A stretch of DNA of 64,000 bases from Candidatus Poribacteria bacterium (GTDB taxonomy: Bacteria; Poribacteria; WGA-4E; PCPOR2b). Where the stretch lies: positions 2,784,001-2,848,000 of the forward strand of contig OZ244587.1 in NCBI GenBank assembly GCA_965218095.1, given 5' to 3'. This document shows positions 20,286 through 31,493 of this stretch, piece after piece; position 1 is the first letter of the stretch, and the number at the start of each line of letters is the position of its first letter. The position numbers and the translations under genes were made by a program. A model generated the notes under the pieces. It was given only the letters and a program-made list of their open reading frames with translations, did no database searches and was not told the DNA's origin.

Positions 20286-20606
20286 TTAGATTGAAAGAGA
20301 TAATCGGCAGATCCACTTGTGGCTCGCCCCCCCAATCTGGCTTACTTTTACCCACAAGTTTTCAACGCCCCCGTCGCACGAGATCTCGCTTCGCTAGAGA
20401 CTTGTGGGACGCGGCTTCTGGCGATCCCTGAAGGGGGAAAGTGAGAAAGTGGGAAAGTGGAAACCCGCTCCCACGCCCCCTCGTTCCCATGCTCCCCTGC
20501 CTGATATGGCTTGGATGAAAAGATCTGGGTAAAAGTAAGCCAATCTGGGGGGAGAATCGCACAAACTCCCCCAGAATTGGGGGCCGGGAGGCGAATGTAA
20601 CAAAGT
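20286..20606. repeat. Composite repeat element, copy 2, with an internal ~25-bp IR (MITE-like)
   Basis: ccccaatctggcttacttttaccca ... tgggtaaaagtaagccaatctgggg; tail matches 27602-27635. Confidence 0.7.
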
Positions 20607-20851
20607 CAGATTAATTTGTACGCAATGCGCGATATGTTCTACGCAAGATAATCGTTGATCGAACCGAAGCGTTAACCGAATTGTGAACTATCCCCGCCTT
20701 GAATCGCTGTGATTGCGTGGCATGACTGCGAAGTTGCGTGCGCCTTTTGAAATCTCTGAACAGAAGAAAAAGATTTGTGTTGAACTAATAAGGGGAGACG
20801 GGTTACAATTGAGGATAACGATAACACCGAAACGTGAAAGGGATGACTGAC

Positions 20852-21793
20852 ATGCAATTCTTCTTCATCGAAGACGACGCAATTTCACTCCCCAGGGGGG
20901 CCTGGGCAAAATCTCACCGAATTAACGTGCGTTGGCGTGGGAGACCCATCACCGCGTTGAGTCAAGGGGAATACCGCGCTTACCTGTTTCCCGTGTACAC
21001 CCCGGCGGGATTCGCCGTGACCACCGAGAGCCCGGTGGATCATCCGCACCACAACTCGCTCTGGATCGGCGCCGACCACTTCCACTGCCGCCTCCCCTTC
21101 TCCACCGACGCCTATGAGGAAGCGACCTACAACTTCTACGTCAACGACACCTTTCAGGGGCGTGCGCCTGGGCGGATTGTCAGCGTTTCGGTCGAAAGCG
21201 CGGAGGTCTCAGAAAACCATCTCCAAATAGTGCAGACGCTCAACTGGCGGGGGCCTTCCGAATGGGGTGCCCCGCAGGGACGCACCCTCGCTATCGAAAC
21301 CCGGAGCATCGACGTATACCCCGGCGAGGTTGCGAACCTGATTGACATTCGCTCGCAGTTGCGTCCAACGGAGTGGGATATCAGCATCGGGCCCACGCGA
21401 CACGCCTATTTTGGGGTGCGCATGGTCGAATCACTACGCGCCACGAGTGGGGCAACCCTCATTGACTCTGCCGGTCGTTCTGGCGCCGTAGCGATTAGCG
21501 GGCAGGTTTCCGATTGGGTGGACTGTTCGGGGCAAATCGCTGCACATAATCGTGCCGGTGTTGCTTTATTCCCCTATCCCTCTGCCGCTAGTACGCCGTG
21601 GCATGTCGCCGATTGGGGCACGATGGGAGTGAATCCATTTGTGCAGAAGGACCGGACGATTAACCGTGGCGAGATGCTGGATGTGGCAGTGCGAGTCGTC
21701 GTTCATGACGGAGGCGCAGAGGAGGCGGGGATTATGGAATTGTATCGTGCTTTCGTTCAAACAGACGAGGAAAATTCAACGCGCAAACCTTGA
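20852..21793 (+). CDS. PmoA-family/DUF6807 protein (not a true methane monooxygenase)
   Basis: YLFPVYTPAG, DHPHHNSLW, FGVRM, WVDCSG motifs. Confidence 0.75.
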   Translation: MQFFFIEDDAISLPRGAWAKSHRINVRWRGRPITALSQGEYRAYLFPVYTPAGFAVTTESPVDHPHHNSLWIGADHFHCRLPFSTDAYEEATYNFYVNDTFQGRAPGRIVSVSVESAEVSENHLQIVQTLNWRGPSEWGAPQGRTLAIETRSIDVYPGEVANLIDIRSQLRPTEWDISIGPTRHAYFGVRMVESLRATSGATLIDSAGRSGAVAISGQVSDWVDCSGQIAAHNRAGVALFPYPSAASTPWHVADWGTMGVNPFVQKDRTINRGEMLDVAVRVVVHDGGAEEAGIMELYRAFVQTDEENSTRKP

Positions 21794-22142
21794 CGGGACA
21801 GACATTGAGGATATTGTCACAACTGGATTGAATATTCCACACTATATCGCTGTGGATGGAAGCGGCGGAAAAATCTACTGGACCGATGACATCCCATGTA
21901 TAATCAAACAGGCAAATCTGGATAGAACAAACGTCGAAGACCTTGTCACGGCAGGATTGGAGTGGCAACGGGGTATCGCCGTGGATGTGAAAGGTGGGAA
22001 GATATACTGGGCGGATTCTGACAACCAAAGAATCCAACGTGCCAACCTTGATAGCACAAATGTCGAAGATCTCCTCGGGACGCGGAGACCTCCAGCGGGA
22101 ATTGCCGTTCTTCGTTCTAGGATCGGCCTCACCGAACGATAA
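21770..22142 (+). pseudogene. LDL-receptor class B (YWTD) repeat remnant
   Basis: Three KIQRANLDG..EDLV / GKIYW(T/A)D units with no start or signal peptide. Confidence 0.8.
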
Positions 22143-22181
22143 CGTGGACATAACTTTACGACTTGTGCTAGTTGATATAGG

Positions 22182-23114
22182 CTATGCGAAAACTAAGTCT
22201 TTGATTTCCATAAGCGGTTGTCCTAGACTGCGGTTGAGCAAAACTGCTAAGCTGAACCCCGCTAGCTTATCAATAATTCGGGTCAACATGCCCCAATGAT
22301 AACGCGCTCTGATTCGACAGAGATGAAACTGGGCATTGAGTTGATTGATGGTAGTTTCAATTCGTCTCCGAATCCGATTGAGATTCCGCCGGAGTTGTGG
22401 CGTATGTTGTGACTTCTGATTCTCACGCTTGATAGCGAATAAGCGAATCCCATCTAACTCAAGGAGCATCTCACTCAATGGGTCTGAAATGTAACCTTTG
22501 TCTCCAATTATCAGGGGATAATCGCCTGTTTCACACATCGTCGAAAGCACCTCCCGCTCATCAACATTGGCATTGGGTACGGAAAAAGCGAGGGGTACGC
22601 CTTGATGATTAGATGAACGCGAAATCCTAAGAATGTACCCAATCCTTTGGTTTCACAATACCCGTAGGTCCTGACACTTGAGAGGCGATGTGGAAGAATG
22701 CGTACGCTTAAAGTCACAGAGGGGGACAGGCAAGCTATCGACAATGAAGATGTCGTTTAACGGAAGTTCATCGTTGAGTGCTTGTCTAAGTTTTCTACTT
22801 ACTTCCCACAGATTACGACGCTGACGATTAAATCGAGTTCACTCAGGTAAATGCGGAAATAGATGGCAGAACTCCTTTTTGACAAGATTATACCAACCCG
22901 TTGACTATCAATGCCAACCATCTCACCGACCCAAGCAATGGTTATTACTTCACTGTCGGCTAGGTTGCTATTGGGGACACCCCGATGGGGCATTCCATCG
23001 GGGAAATGGTGTTCATACAAATCATCAATAACAATGAAACTCACACTCAGCAAGTCTTCGAGATTCAGTGACGTGATTCCTTCTTGTGCGAAAGCGGCAC
23101 TCCGCTTTTGACAT
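22182..23114 (-). pseudogene. IS982-family transposase, multiply frameshifted
   Basis: Fragments LADSEVITI, YGYC..K, GDKGY and RRRIETTINQL lie in different frames. Confidence 0.85.
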
Positions 23115-23196
23115 AACTCCCTTGAAATGCTTCCTCTCTTTCATTCGAGATAAGTAACTTCTCTCAAAGGATAGCACTTCCTTTGCCTTTTAACTA

Positions 23197-24049
23197 GGTT
23201 CTGTTGACATTTGAGTATAAGGTTGTGGCATAATAGAAGAATGATGCCAATAACCTTACCTGATGAACAATGGAATAAGATATACCGGTTTCTTCTTAGT
23301 TGTCCCACCATCTATGTTGGCGACGAAGCTGCTACACGCCGCTTCGTCGAAGCAGTTCTGTGGGTGACTCGTAGCGGCGCTCAATGGAGACTTCTACCAG
23401 ACACCTATGGTAAATCGAATACCCGCTACAAGCGGTTTGCTCGATGGTGCGACAAAGGTATCTTCACACAGATGCACCCCCACTTCGCCTCTGACCCCGA
23501 TATCGAGTCGCTTATTGTGGACAGCACCATCTGCCGCGCTCACCCGTCTGCCGCGCTCACCCGTCTGCGGCGGGCGCCTTAAAAAGCTGGTGCCTTAAAA
23601 AAACGGTGGCACTGAAAACCAAGCATTAGGTTGGTCTCGGGGCGGTTTCAGTACAAAAAATCACATCACAGTTAACGGACTAGGCAATCCCCTAAGAATT
23701 CATCTGACCCCCGGTCAGAGACATGACATAACTGAGGCGGAAGGGTTGATAATCGGATATAACAGTGAATATGTGATTGGAGACAAGGGGTACGATTCGG
23801 ACGCTTTTATCGCGGTTATTGAGGCGAATGGAGCGATTGCGGTGATACCGCCCAAAAGTCATCGTGTTGACCAAAGAACGTTATGACAAACACTTATACA
23901 AAGAGAGACATCGGGTTGAATGTTTCATCAACAAGATAAAATGGTATCGTCGTATCTTCTCTCGGTTTGAGAAGCTAGCTGTCCGTTATTTTGGATTTCT
24001 CAGCTTTGTCTCCACTCTTATATGGCTCCGTTGAAATGTCAACAGAACC
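23197..24049 (+). mobile_element. IS5-family (IS427-like) element, 853 bp, TA TSD
   Basis: Perfect 16-bp TIRs GGTTCTGTTGACATTT / AAATGTCAACAGAACC, inserted at CTAG. Confidence 0.9.
23241..24034 (+). pseudogene. IS5 transposase, inactivated
   Basis: RSGAQWRLLP, DSTICRAH, GDKGYDSD, R..VECFINK; 17-bp tandem duplication near 23534-23567 plus further frameshifts. Confidence 0.85.
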
Positions 24050-24102
24050 TAGCACAAGTCGTTAACTTTAGAAACCAGTATAAGTCAAAATTGGGGGTAT
24101 GT

Positions 24103-25225
24103 ATGAAAATAACGGATGTAAAAACGACATTACTGGCCATCCCCCACCTTGGAGGCATTCAAGACGCCACCATCCGCCATATCGCGAGCGGACGTACGGC
24201 GTGCTTTGTGCGCATTATTACCGATGCCGGTCTGGAAGGATTGAGCCCCGCGGGAGGCGGACATGCCGCTCAAACACTCATTGAGGGTACTTTCAAGGAA
24301 TTGTTGGTGGGCCAAAATCCCTTACACATCGAAAAGATTTGGGATGATCTCTTCTGGTGTATCCGGGGGGTTGGGCGCAAAGGGCTTGCCTTCTGTGCCC
24401 TCTCGGCTGTAGATGTCGCCCTGTGGGATGTGAAAGCGAAATTCTTCAACGTCCCGCTCTATCAGTTGTTGGGTCCCTCCCTACACTGAGACTGTCCCCG
24501 TCTATGGAAGCGGCGGCTGGACAAACTTCAGCGTGGAGGAGCTAGTAGCGGAACAAACTAGCTATGTTGAGCGGGGTTTCAAAGCCGTGAAAATGAAGGT
24601 AGGCAAGGATTTCGGCAAAAGTGAACGGGAAGACGTCCAAAAACTGGCTGCTGTCCGTGAGGCGGTCGGGGATGATATTGAGATCTATATTGACGCCAAC
24701 AACGGCTATTACGCCAAACAGGCGATTTACATGGGTAAAGCCTTCGAGGAATACCGCGTTGGTTGGTTCGAGGAGCCGGTGCTGGCTGACGACATCGAGG
24801 GACTGGCAGTCGTCGCCAGGGCAATTGACATCCCCATCGCCACGGGTGAGCACGAATATACCAAGTTCGGCTTCAAGGACCTTATCGCTCGCGGCGGGGC
24901 AGACATCGTTCAGCCGGACGTCGGGCGAGTAGGCGGAATCACGGAGTGGATGAAGGTGGCTCACCTAGCGCACGCCTTCAACCTCCCGGTGGCGCCGCAT
25001 GCCTACCAGTTAATCTACCTGCACCTCGCCTGCGCCACGCCGAACCTGAAGGTGGTGGAGTACCTGGGGACGGCTGAGGCGGTGGACAAAATCGTCTACA
25101 AAGAATGGCCCGAGCCCAAAGATGGGATGTGGTCACCCGATCCGGACAAGCCCGGCTTGGGCTTGGATCCTGTTGCCGTAGAAAAATATGCGGCGAGCGC
25201 GACTGTGCCACGAGCGCAGTTATAA
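24103..25225 (+). pseudogene. Mandelate racemase family enzyme, frameshifted
   Basis: The 24103-24489 and 24533-25225 frames join if a 4-nt duplication in GGTCCCTCCCTAC (~24475-24482) is removed. Confidence 0.82.
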
Positions 25226-25234
25226 CAAGTCAAA

Positions 25235-25267
25235 AACCTTCCGAAGATTTGCAACCTTCGGAAGGTT
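25235..25267. repeat. 33-bp AACCTT-family palindrome
   Basis: aaccttccgaagatttgcaaccttcggaaggtt. Confidence 0.8.
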
Positions 25268-25289
25268 AAACACCATAAGGAGATATAAA

Positions 25290-26063
25290 ATGAAGATTCT
25301 ACGTTATTGCACCGATAGGGACACAAGTTACGGTATTCTGGAGGATGATGGAACCATCCGCCAATTGGTCAGCTCTCCCTTCGAGGGGCTTGACACGAAC
25401 GATACAGCCACGCATCTGAACCAGGTGCGCCCACTTGCACCGGTCGAAGCGCCGAGAATCATTGGCGTCGGTTTGAACTACGCTGCACACGCCCGTGAGT
25501 CAGGCGCAGAACCTCCCTCTTTTCCGATGCTATTCATGAAACCTTCAACCACAGTTATCGGCCCCGAGGAGGCGATTGTCTATCCCCGGCAAGGCAAAGA
25601 AGTACATTATGAGTGTGAACTGGCCGTCATCATCGGGAAGGCAGCCCGGCGTGTGTCGGAAGCGGAAGCCCTGAGCTATGTGCTTGGTTACACCTGTGGC
25701 AACGACATCAGCGAACGTGTCATCCAGAAAGGTGAAATGGCTATGGGCTGCATGCTACTTGGTAAAGGATTTGACACCTTCTGCCCGCTTGGTCCCGTCA
25801 TCGCAACCGGATTGGACCCGACCAATTTCGATATCAAAACTCGGCTGAATGGCGATGTGAAGCAGGATTCAAATACGTCAGACCTTCTGTTTTCCGTTGC
25901 TCGGCTCGTTTCTTACATCAGCGAGGCGATGACCCTCCTGCCCGGTGATGTGATTATGACCGGCACCCCGTCCGGAGTTGGTCCTATCGCTCCCGGCGAC
26001 GTTGTCGAAATTGAGATATCAGAGATCGGCACCCTACGCAACCCGGTGGTCGCCGAGGCGTAA
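25290..26063 (+). CDS. Fumarylacetoacetate hydrolase family protein
   Basis: GLNY..H, FMKP, HYECEL, GYTCGNDIS, KGFDTFCPLGP, TGTPSGVG. Confidence 0.93.
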   Translation: MKILRYCTDRDTSYGILEDDGTIRQLVSSPFEGLDTNDTATHLNQVRPLAPVEAPRIIGVGLNYAAHARESGAEPPSFPMLFMKPSTTVIGPEEAIVYPRQGKEVHYECELAVIIGKAARRVSEAEALSYVLGYTCGNDISERVIQKGEMAMGCMLLGKGFDTFCPLGPVIATGLDPTNFDIKTRLNGDVKQDSNTSDLLFSVARLVSYISEAMTLLPGDVIMTGTPSGVGPIAPGDVVEIEISEIGTLRNPVVAEA

Positions 26064-26175
26064 ATCGATTTCGGATAAGTTTCTCTCCTTGGGGAGGTCA
26101 GTCAGGGGCGGACATGTAACCCAAAAAGCGGGCAGTGATGGACATTGACGCCTACGATAGATCGGATGCGATTTT

Positions 26176-26201
26176 GTAGCTTGGTGACTTCATCACCAAG
26201 C
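26176..26201. repeat. GTAG-type REP hairpin
   Basis: gta-gcttggtga-cttca-tcaccaagc. Confidence 0.6.
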
Positions 26202-26377
26202 GTTTCGCCCTGCCTGTCCCCCCCTGAAGGGATGTCAGGATTGGATTCTCCCCCGATGGGGCGGAACTTATACCCCCTCTAACTCCTCTTCGGTAAACTA
26301 AGAGTCCAAGACTCCGATCTCTGGATCGGATGGGAGAACCCTTGCAGATTGCGGATTGAAAAGAGAAAGGTGAATCA

Positions 26378-27223
26378 ATGAAGATTGCTTACGGCACGTA
26401 TGCCATGCCAACAGTGCCGTTGGAAGAGGCAATCCCCATGCTTGCCCAGATGGGGTATGATGGGGTTGAAATTTGCATCGGGCCCAAACATATCGGATCA
26501 ATGCCCGACCAGATAGATTCTGCTCGCCGGAAGAGGCTGAAGGGACTGTTTAAGCAACACAGTATGGGCGTCCCGGCGTTGATGATATTGGGTCATATTC
26601 TGGAAGAAGATGGGCAGGCACATCAGGATAATCTTGCATTCATGCGGTGGGCCGCTCAACTTGCCAAAGACCTCGATTTTGGAGAGCAGCCCGTGCTCGC
26701 TAGAGGGATCGGTGGCAAGAGCGACTTGTGGGAGGGACAGCGGGACCAGATCGTTCGACGCCTCAAGGATTATGCGCAACTGGCTTCAGAGGAAGGGTTT
26801 ATCTTAGCCGCGGAAGCACATTGTGGGGCTGCCGTGGACCGGTCAGAGAGGGCGCTCTGGGCGATAGAGGCGGTTGATAGTCCCCTTGTCGGATTGCACT
26901 TTGACATTGTCCATTTTTACCTAGCAGGGGAAAAGGTAGAAGATTCAGTCCGGAATCTCCTCCCAATTACAAAACATACCCACATTACCGATGCACGCAA
27001 GCATGCGGACGGTACATTCGATCTGCTGCTTCTGGGTCAAGGTGAACTTGATAGCATCACCTACATGAAGGCGATGCACGAGGCAGGTTGGACGGACTTC
27101 ATCACGCTGGAGGTCAGCGCCCGTGTCTGGTCCAAAGCGGGCTATGCCCCGGTTGTAGCAGCTTCTTATTCCTATAACACTCTGAATAATGCCTTCAAAG
27201 CGGCTGGCGTTCTCCGAACTTGA
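26378..27223 (+). CDS. Sugar phosphate isomerase/epimerase (xylose isomerase-like TIM barrel)
   Basis: GYDGVE, EAH, DIVH, HTHITD, TLE metal motifs. Confidence 0.88.
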   Translation: MKIAYGTYAMPTVPLEEAIPMLAQMGYDGVEICIGPKHIGSMPDQIDSARRKRLKGLFKQHSMGVPALMILGHILEEDGQAHQDNLAFMRWAAQLAKDLDFGEQPVLARGIGGKSDLWEGQRDQIVRRLKDYAQLASEEGFILAAEAHCGAAVDRSERALWAIEAVDSPLVGLHFDIVHFYLAGEKVEDSVRNLLPITKHTHITDARKHADGTFDLLLLGQGELDSITYMKAMHEAGWTDFITLEVSARVWSKAGYAPVVAASYSYNTLNNAFKAAGVLRT

Positions 27224-27244
27224 TGAAACAAAAAGGAAAGCACA

Positions 27245-27472
27245 ATGAACCAAATCAGCACACCACAGTTGCAGACCGATATGTTGGACGGTATTGCACA
27301 TCTTTCCGGGGATGAACTGGCGACAATGCAGAAGGCGCCCTATATCCTGCGGGCTCGCGATGGCAAACTCACAGAGATACCGGCGGAGAAAAGCCTGCTG
27401 CCTCACGACTCGAAGGGACACTCCCAGGGTGCAAACGTCGCCATGACCGCCAGCGGCGCAATTATAGCTTAA
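27245..27472 (+). pseudogene. Probable N-terminal remnant of a longer gene
   Basis: AGGAAAG RBS and a protein-like 75-aa ORF ending just before a palindrome cluster. Confidence 0.4.
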
Positions 27473-27502
27473 GTGGTCTCAAGACGATTATCAGTGGATC
27501 CC

Positions 27503-27551
27503 AGTCCACTTGAGTGGACTTCAGCTTTGAGCCTGAACTTCAGTTCAAGGC
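27503..27551. repeat. Double-hairpin REP-like element
   Basis: agtccact-tg-agtggact ... gcctgaact-tc-agttcaaggc. Confidence 0.65.
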
Positions 27552-27787
27552 GTCGCAGACCGTCACCGGCTGCTTTTTTGGGGTGCCTGTCTGCTCCTGA
27601 AAGAATTGGGGGGCGGGGGACAAATGTAACAAAGTTAAGGCTATGTTCTTAGACCCTGGCGGAAAGAGAGCAAACGGGGACGGGGTAGGCAAGTGAGAGG
27701 TGTATACGAAATCTAACTTTCTCCTTTTCCCTTTTACTCCTAAACCGTTCAATTCCTTAAGTTGATGCCTATGGGAGGGGATGTACG

Positions 27788-29329
27788 ATGAACGTTGTAA
27801 ATCTCTTGGCAAGAGCTGGACGCGCCTTCAACGAAAACCCGGCCATTACAGTGGGGACAGACGTGTACTCCACTTACGGGGACTTCGCGTGTCGTGTGGC
27901 GACCATGGCCGGTCAATTCTGTAATCGGCTGCAACTCAAGCCCGGCGACCGCATCGCCCTCGCCATGAAGAATTGCGCACAATTCCTCGAAGTTCTGTAT
28001 GCCGCTTGGCATGCCGGACTGTGTGCGGTGCCCATCAACGCCAAGCTGCATCCCCGCGAATTCCAGTATATTCTCGAAAACTCCGGTACTCGGTGCTGCT
28101 TCGTCACGCGAGACCTTGAAGAAGCTATCGCACCGCTGTCCGATGATATCCCGACACTTGAACAAGTCATTTGTGTCCCCTGCAGCCCCGACTACCGTGC
28201 GCTGTTCGAGGGCGATACAGTAGGGATACAGGATTGCGCGCCGGATGACACCGCCTGGCTCTTCTACACTAGTGGCACGACCGGGCGTCCCAAGGGGGCG
28301 ATGTTGAGTCACCGCAACCTGCTAGCGATGACACTCAGCTACTTTGCCGACGTCGATAGTATTTCGCCTGAAGACTGCATTATCCATGCGGCGCCCATGT
28401 CCCACGGCTCCGGGCTGTACAACATCGCCCATGTTGCCGCGGCAGCGAAACAGGTCATCCCCGCCAGCGGTCAATTCGACTCCGGCGAGATTTTCGACCT
28501 CATCGCCACGCATGAAGGGGTGTCCTTTTTCGCCGCGCCGACCATGGTGAAGCGTCTGATCAATCATCCACGCAGTCGGAGTGCAGATGCCGCCAACCTC
28601 AAGACCATCGTGTACGGCGGCGGTCCCATGTATGTGGCCGACCTGAAACAGGCTATGGATTGCTTCGGTTACAAATTTGTCCAGATCTATGGCCAGGGCG
28701 AGAGTCCCATGACCATCACGGCATTGTCGAAGGCGCAGCATGCCAATACCGATCACCCCCGCTACGAGGAACGTCTTGCTTCAGTGGGGGTAGCACATAC
28801 GATGGTTGAGGTTCGCGTTGCCGATTCGGAAGAGCGCGCGCTACCTCCGGACGAGATTGGGGAAGTACTGGTCAGGGGTGATGTGGTTATGACCGGCTAC
28901 TGGAACAATCCGGAGGCGACGAAGAAAACCTTACGTGGCGGCTGGCTGCACACAGGCGATCTCGGGACCGTTGACGCGGACAGCTTTCTGACGCTCAAAG
29001 ACCGATCGAATGACCTAATCATCAGCGGCGGAACCAACATCTATCCACGGGAAGTCGAGGAGGTATTGCTGCTGCACGAAGCCGTCCAGGAAGTTTCAGT
29101 GATTGGCCGTCCTGATCCGGAGTGGGGGGAGGAAATCGTCGCCTTTGTCGTAGAAACGGAGGGCCGCGAAGTGACGGAGGATGCGCTTGATACGCTCTGC
29201 CTCAACAACATTGCACGCTTCAAACGTCCACGGGCATACTATTTCGTGGATGGTCTGCCCAAGAACAATTACGGAAAAATTCTGAAGACCGAGTTGCGGG
29301 GATGGCTCGATCAAAAGGAGTTTTCATGA
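27788..29329 (+). CDS. AMP-dependent acyl-CoA synthetase
   Basis: YTSGTTGRPKG, YGQGE, WLHTGD, GGTNIYPREVE, GKILK. Confidence 0.93.
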   Translation: MNVVNLLARAGRAFNENPAITVGTDVYSTYGDFACRVATMAGQFCNRLQLKPGDRIALAMKNCAQFLEVLYAAWHAGLCAVPINAKLHPREFQYILENSGTRCCFVTRDLEEAIAPLSDDIPTLEQVICVPCSPDYRALFEGDTVGIQDCAPDDTAWLFYTSGTTGRPKGAMLSHRNLLAMTLSYFADVDSISPEDCIIHAAPMSHGSGLYNIAHVAAAAKQVIPASGQFDSGEIFDLIATHEGVSFFAAPTMVKRLINHPRSRSADAANLKTIVYGGGPMYVADLKQAMDCFGYKFVQIYGQGESPMTITALSKAQHANTDHPRYEERLASVGVAHTMVEVRVADSEERALPPDEIGEVLVRGDVVMTGYWNNPEATKKTLRGGWLHTGDLGTVDADSFLTLKDRSNDLIISGGTNIYPREVEEVLLLHEAVQEVSVIGRPDPEWGEEIVAFVVETEGREVTEDALDTLCLNNIARFKRPRAYYFVDGLPKNNYGKILKTELRGWLDQKEFS

Positions 29330-29434
29330 AGTCCGTATTGACGGCATTAAGCCTTTTCATTGTAATTCTTGCTACCCGAGCCATCTGCAAGAGATGATGA
29401 GGACGAAATTGAGGATTTTTGAAGGGAGAAAGCT

Positions 29435-30235
29435 ATGGGAGACCGATTGAAAGACAAAGTTGCGATCGTCACCGGCGCAGGTTCCATCGGACCGGGTTGG
29501 GGTAACGGCAAAGCGACTACTGTCCTCTTCGCACGCGAAGGGGCGAAAGTCTTCGCTGTCGATATCAACCTCGCTGCTGCTGAAGGAACAAAAGCGATTA
29601 TCGATCAGGAAAGTGGTGAATGTACAACCCACAAGGCGGATGTTTCCAGTGCTGAAGAGGTCAGGGTTATGGTAGAGCGCTGCTTGGAGACCTACAGCCG
29701 CATTGACATCCTCCACAACAACGTGGGCATTGTCGAGGTCGGCGGCTGTGTCGAGACAAGTGAGAAAAGCTGGGATCGCGTTAACACTGTCAATCTCAAG
29801 AGCGTGTTCTTGACCTGCAAATACGTCCTACCACACATGGAACAGCAAGGCGGTGGCGCGATCGTGAATATCTCCTCCATCGCCGCAATTCGCTGGCTGG
29901 GGGTGCCCTACGTTTCTTACACCGCTACCAAAGGGGCAATCAACCAACTTACCCAGAGCATCGCAATACAGTACGCGAAAAAGAACATCCGTGCTAACGC
30001 CATCCTGCCCGGCCTCATGAATACACCAATGATTGCCAAGTCACTTGCTGACGTTTATGCAGACGGAGATGTTGAGGAAATGATCGAAATCCGAAATAAC
30101 CTTTGTCCCATGGGAAAAATGGGCGACGCCTGGGATGTGGCTTACGCCGCCCTGTTTCTCGCCTCTGACGAAGCGAAATACATCACCGGCGCGGAGCTCG
30201 TCGTTGATGGTGGATTTACCTGTAAATGCGCCTAA
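29435..30235 (+). CDS. SDR oxidoreductase (FabG-like)
   Basis: TGAGS..PGWGNG, NNVG, YTATK, VDGG. Confidence 0.92.
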   Translation: MGDRLKDKVAIVTGAGSIGPGWGNGKATTVLFAREGAKVFAVDINLAAAEGTKAIIDQESGECTTHKADVSSAEEVRVMVERCLETYSRIDILHNNVGIVEVGGCVETSEKSWDRVNTVNLKSVFLTCKYVLPHMEQQGGGAIVNISSIAAIRWLGVPYVSYTATKGAINQLTQSIAIQYAKKNIRANAILPGLMNTPMIAKSLADVYADGDVEEMIEIRNNLCPMGKMGDAWDVAYAALFLASDEAKYITGAELVVDGGFTCKCA

Positions 30236-30533
30236 ACTCATCTTCAACACCTCGTCAATTTTTATTCGATTCGACAAGGTTTACGGTCAAATCATTGGTC
30301 ATTTGGGAGCTGGTAAGTGGTGATTGGTGAGTAGAAATCTATCACCCACTTTACAATGGCGGCGCTTCGTTCAACTTGTAACGCAAACTCTCAGTTTGCA
30401 CGACCACCTGTATTGTCTCACTCTGCTTGATCGGGATTGCCAAATCCCGATAGCCGTTGGATTTGGCAATTCAACGGAAGCATCAATAATTTGTCAACAT
30501 GCCCTAATTTAGTTGCCAAAGTCAAGTTACGTC

Positions 30534-31250
30534 TTATTTCGGAATCATTTTCCGCACCCCGTTTTCATACCGAACCTCATAGTCGCCGTCCGGTACGGGC
30601 AGGGCGCGGATAGCCAGCTCTGCTTGGGTAATCAGGGGTTCGGAGAGGGCAAGCAGTTCATCTAAAGATTCCTGGGGTGTCTTGTCCGTGGTATCAATCG
30701 CGATCTTCCGCCCTTTCTGGGTAAAAAGTGACTTTTCGATTTCCTCCTCGAAACGCCGCTTGATTTCTGGAATATCCGCTTCTTTGATAATCTGGTACTC
30801 GTGCAGGTCGGCCTGCATCCGTTCACGAATTGCTTCATCACTGGCTGTGACGTGAATGAGGACCACATCAGGCAAACGGGCTTCAAACACCTGCGCTTCA
30901 TAAATGCGCTGGGCGCGATAGTCGTAGTTCTTGTAGTATGGGCTTTCCGGGTCGTCGCCGTACACGGCTGAATAAACTGCTTCCTCAATATGCCACCCCG
31001 CGATCAGGGTATTGGAATAATTCTTGATGACTTCGATATGATACTGGATTTGCATGCGCTGCGCGCGCTCTTTGACATCATCGGGGAAATTCAGCATCAA
31101 CGCTCGTGATTCTGGACTCAAAGAGGCGTCCGGAAGGGTGAAATGGTCGTCACCGTGCGTGGGTAGCTTGCGCTGACGATAATAGGCATCCAGCAGCTTG
31201 ATCAGGGTCGATTTTCCAGCATATTCAATACCTGCAAATATACTTCGCAT
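30534..31250 (-). CDS. P-loop nucleoside/nucleotide kinase-like protein
   Basis: N-terminal GIEYAGKST Walker A, thymidylate-kinase-like layout. Confidence 0.7.
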   Translation of the reverse strand: MRSIFAGIEYAGKSTLIKLLDAYYRQRKLPTHGDDHFTLPDASLSPESRALMLNFPDDVKERAQRMQIQYHIEVIKNYSNTLIAGWHIEEAVYSAVYGDDPESPYYKNYDYRAQRIYEAQVFEARLPDVVLIHVTASDEAIRERMQADLHEYQIIKEADIPEIKRRFEEEIEKSLFTQKGRKIAIDTTDKTPQESLDELLALSEPLITQAELAIRALPVPDGDYEVRYENGVRKMIPK

Positions 31251-31331
31251 AGCGAAAACTCCTCTTTATCTTTGCGCAGAAGGGTTGGAAGTTGGAGTGG
31301 CTTCGCAAACAGACCGTTCCGCTGATTAATG

Positions 31332-31401
31332 TAACCTGAGTTGTCACCTATAAGCAAATGATACATTGAGGGCGACTACAACTTGATTTACAGCACAGAT
31401 T
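31332..31401. repeat. Dispersed ~70-bp non-coding element, copy 2
   Basis: Similar to 3517-3586. Confidence 0.65.
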
Positions 31402-31493
31402 ATAGCACGATTCCATCATAAGATCTATCACTACTTTTTGTCAGGCACAGCTGCAAGGGAAAATTGCCTGCATTCCGCCCAGGAGGACACCGA

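Larger units (their letters stand above)
22158..24062 (-). mobile_element. IS982-family element with 7-bp TSD; one TIR interrupted by an IS5
   Basis: ACGACTTGTGCTAGTT ... (aac)TAGCACAAGTCGT; TSD TAACTTT at 22151-22157 and 24063-24069. Confidence 0.85.

Noticed and set aside
20852-21793. Methane monooxygenase subunit
   Set aside because: Soluble DUF6807-type protein without TM helices or pmoBC; the family name is misleading
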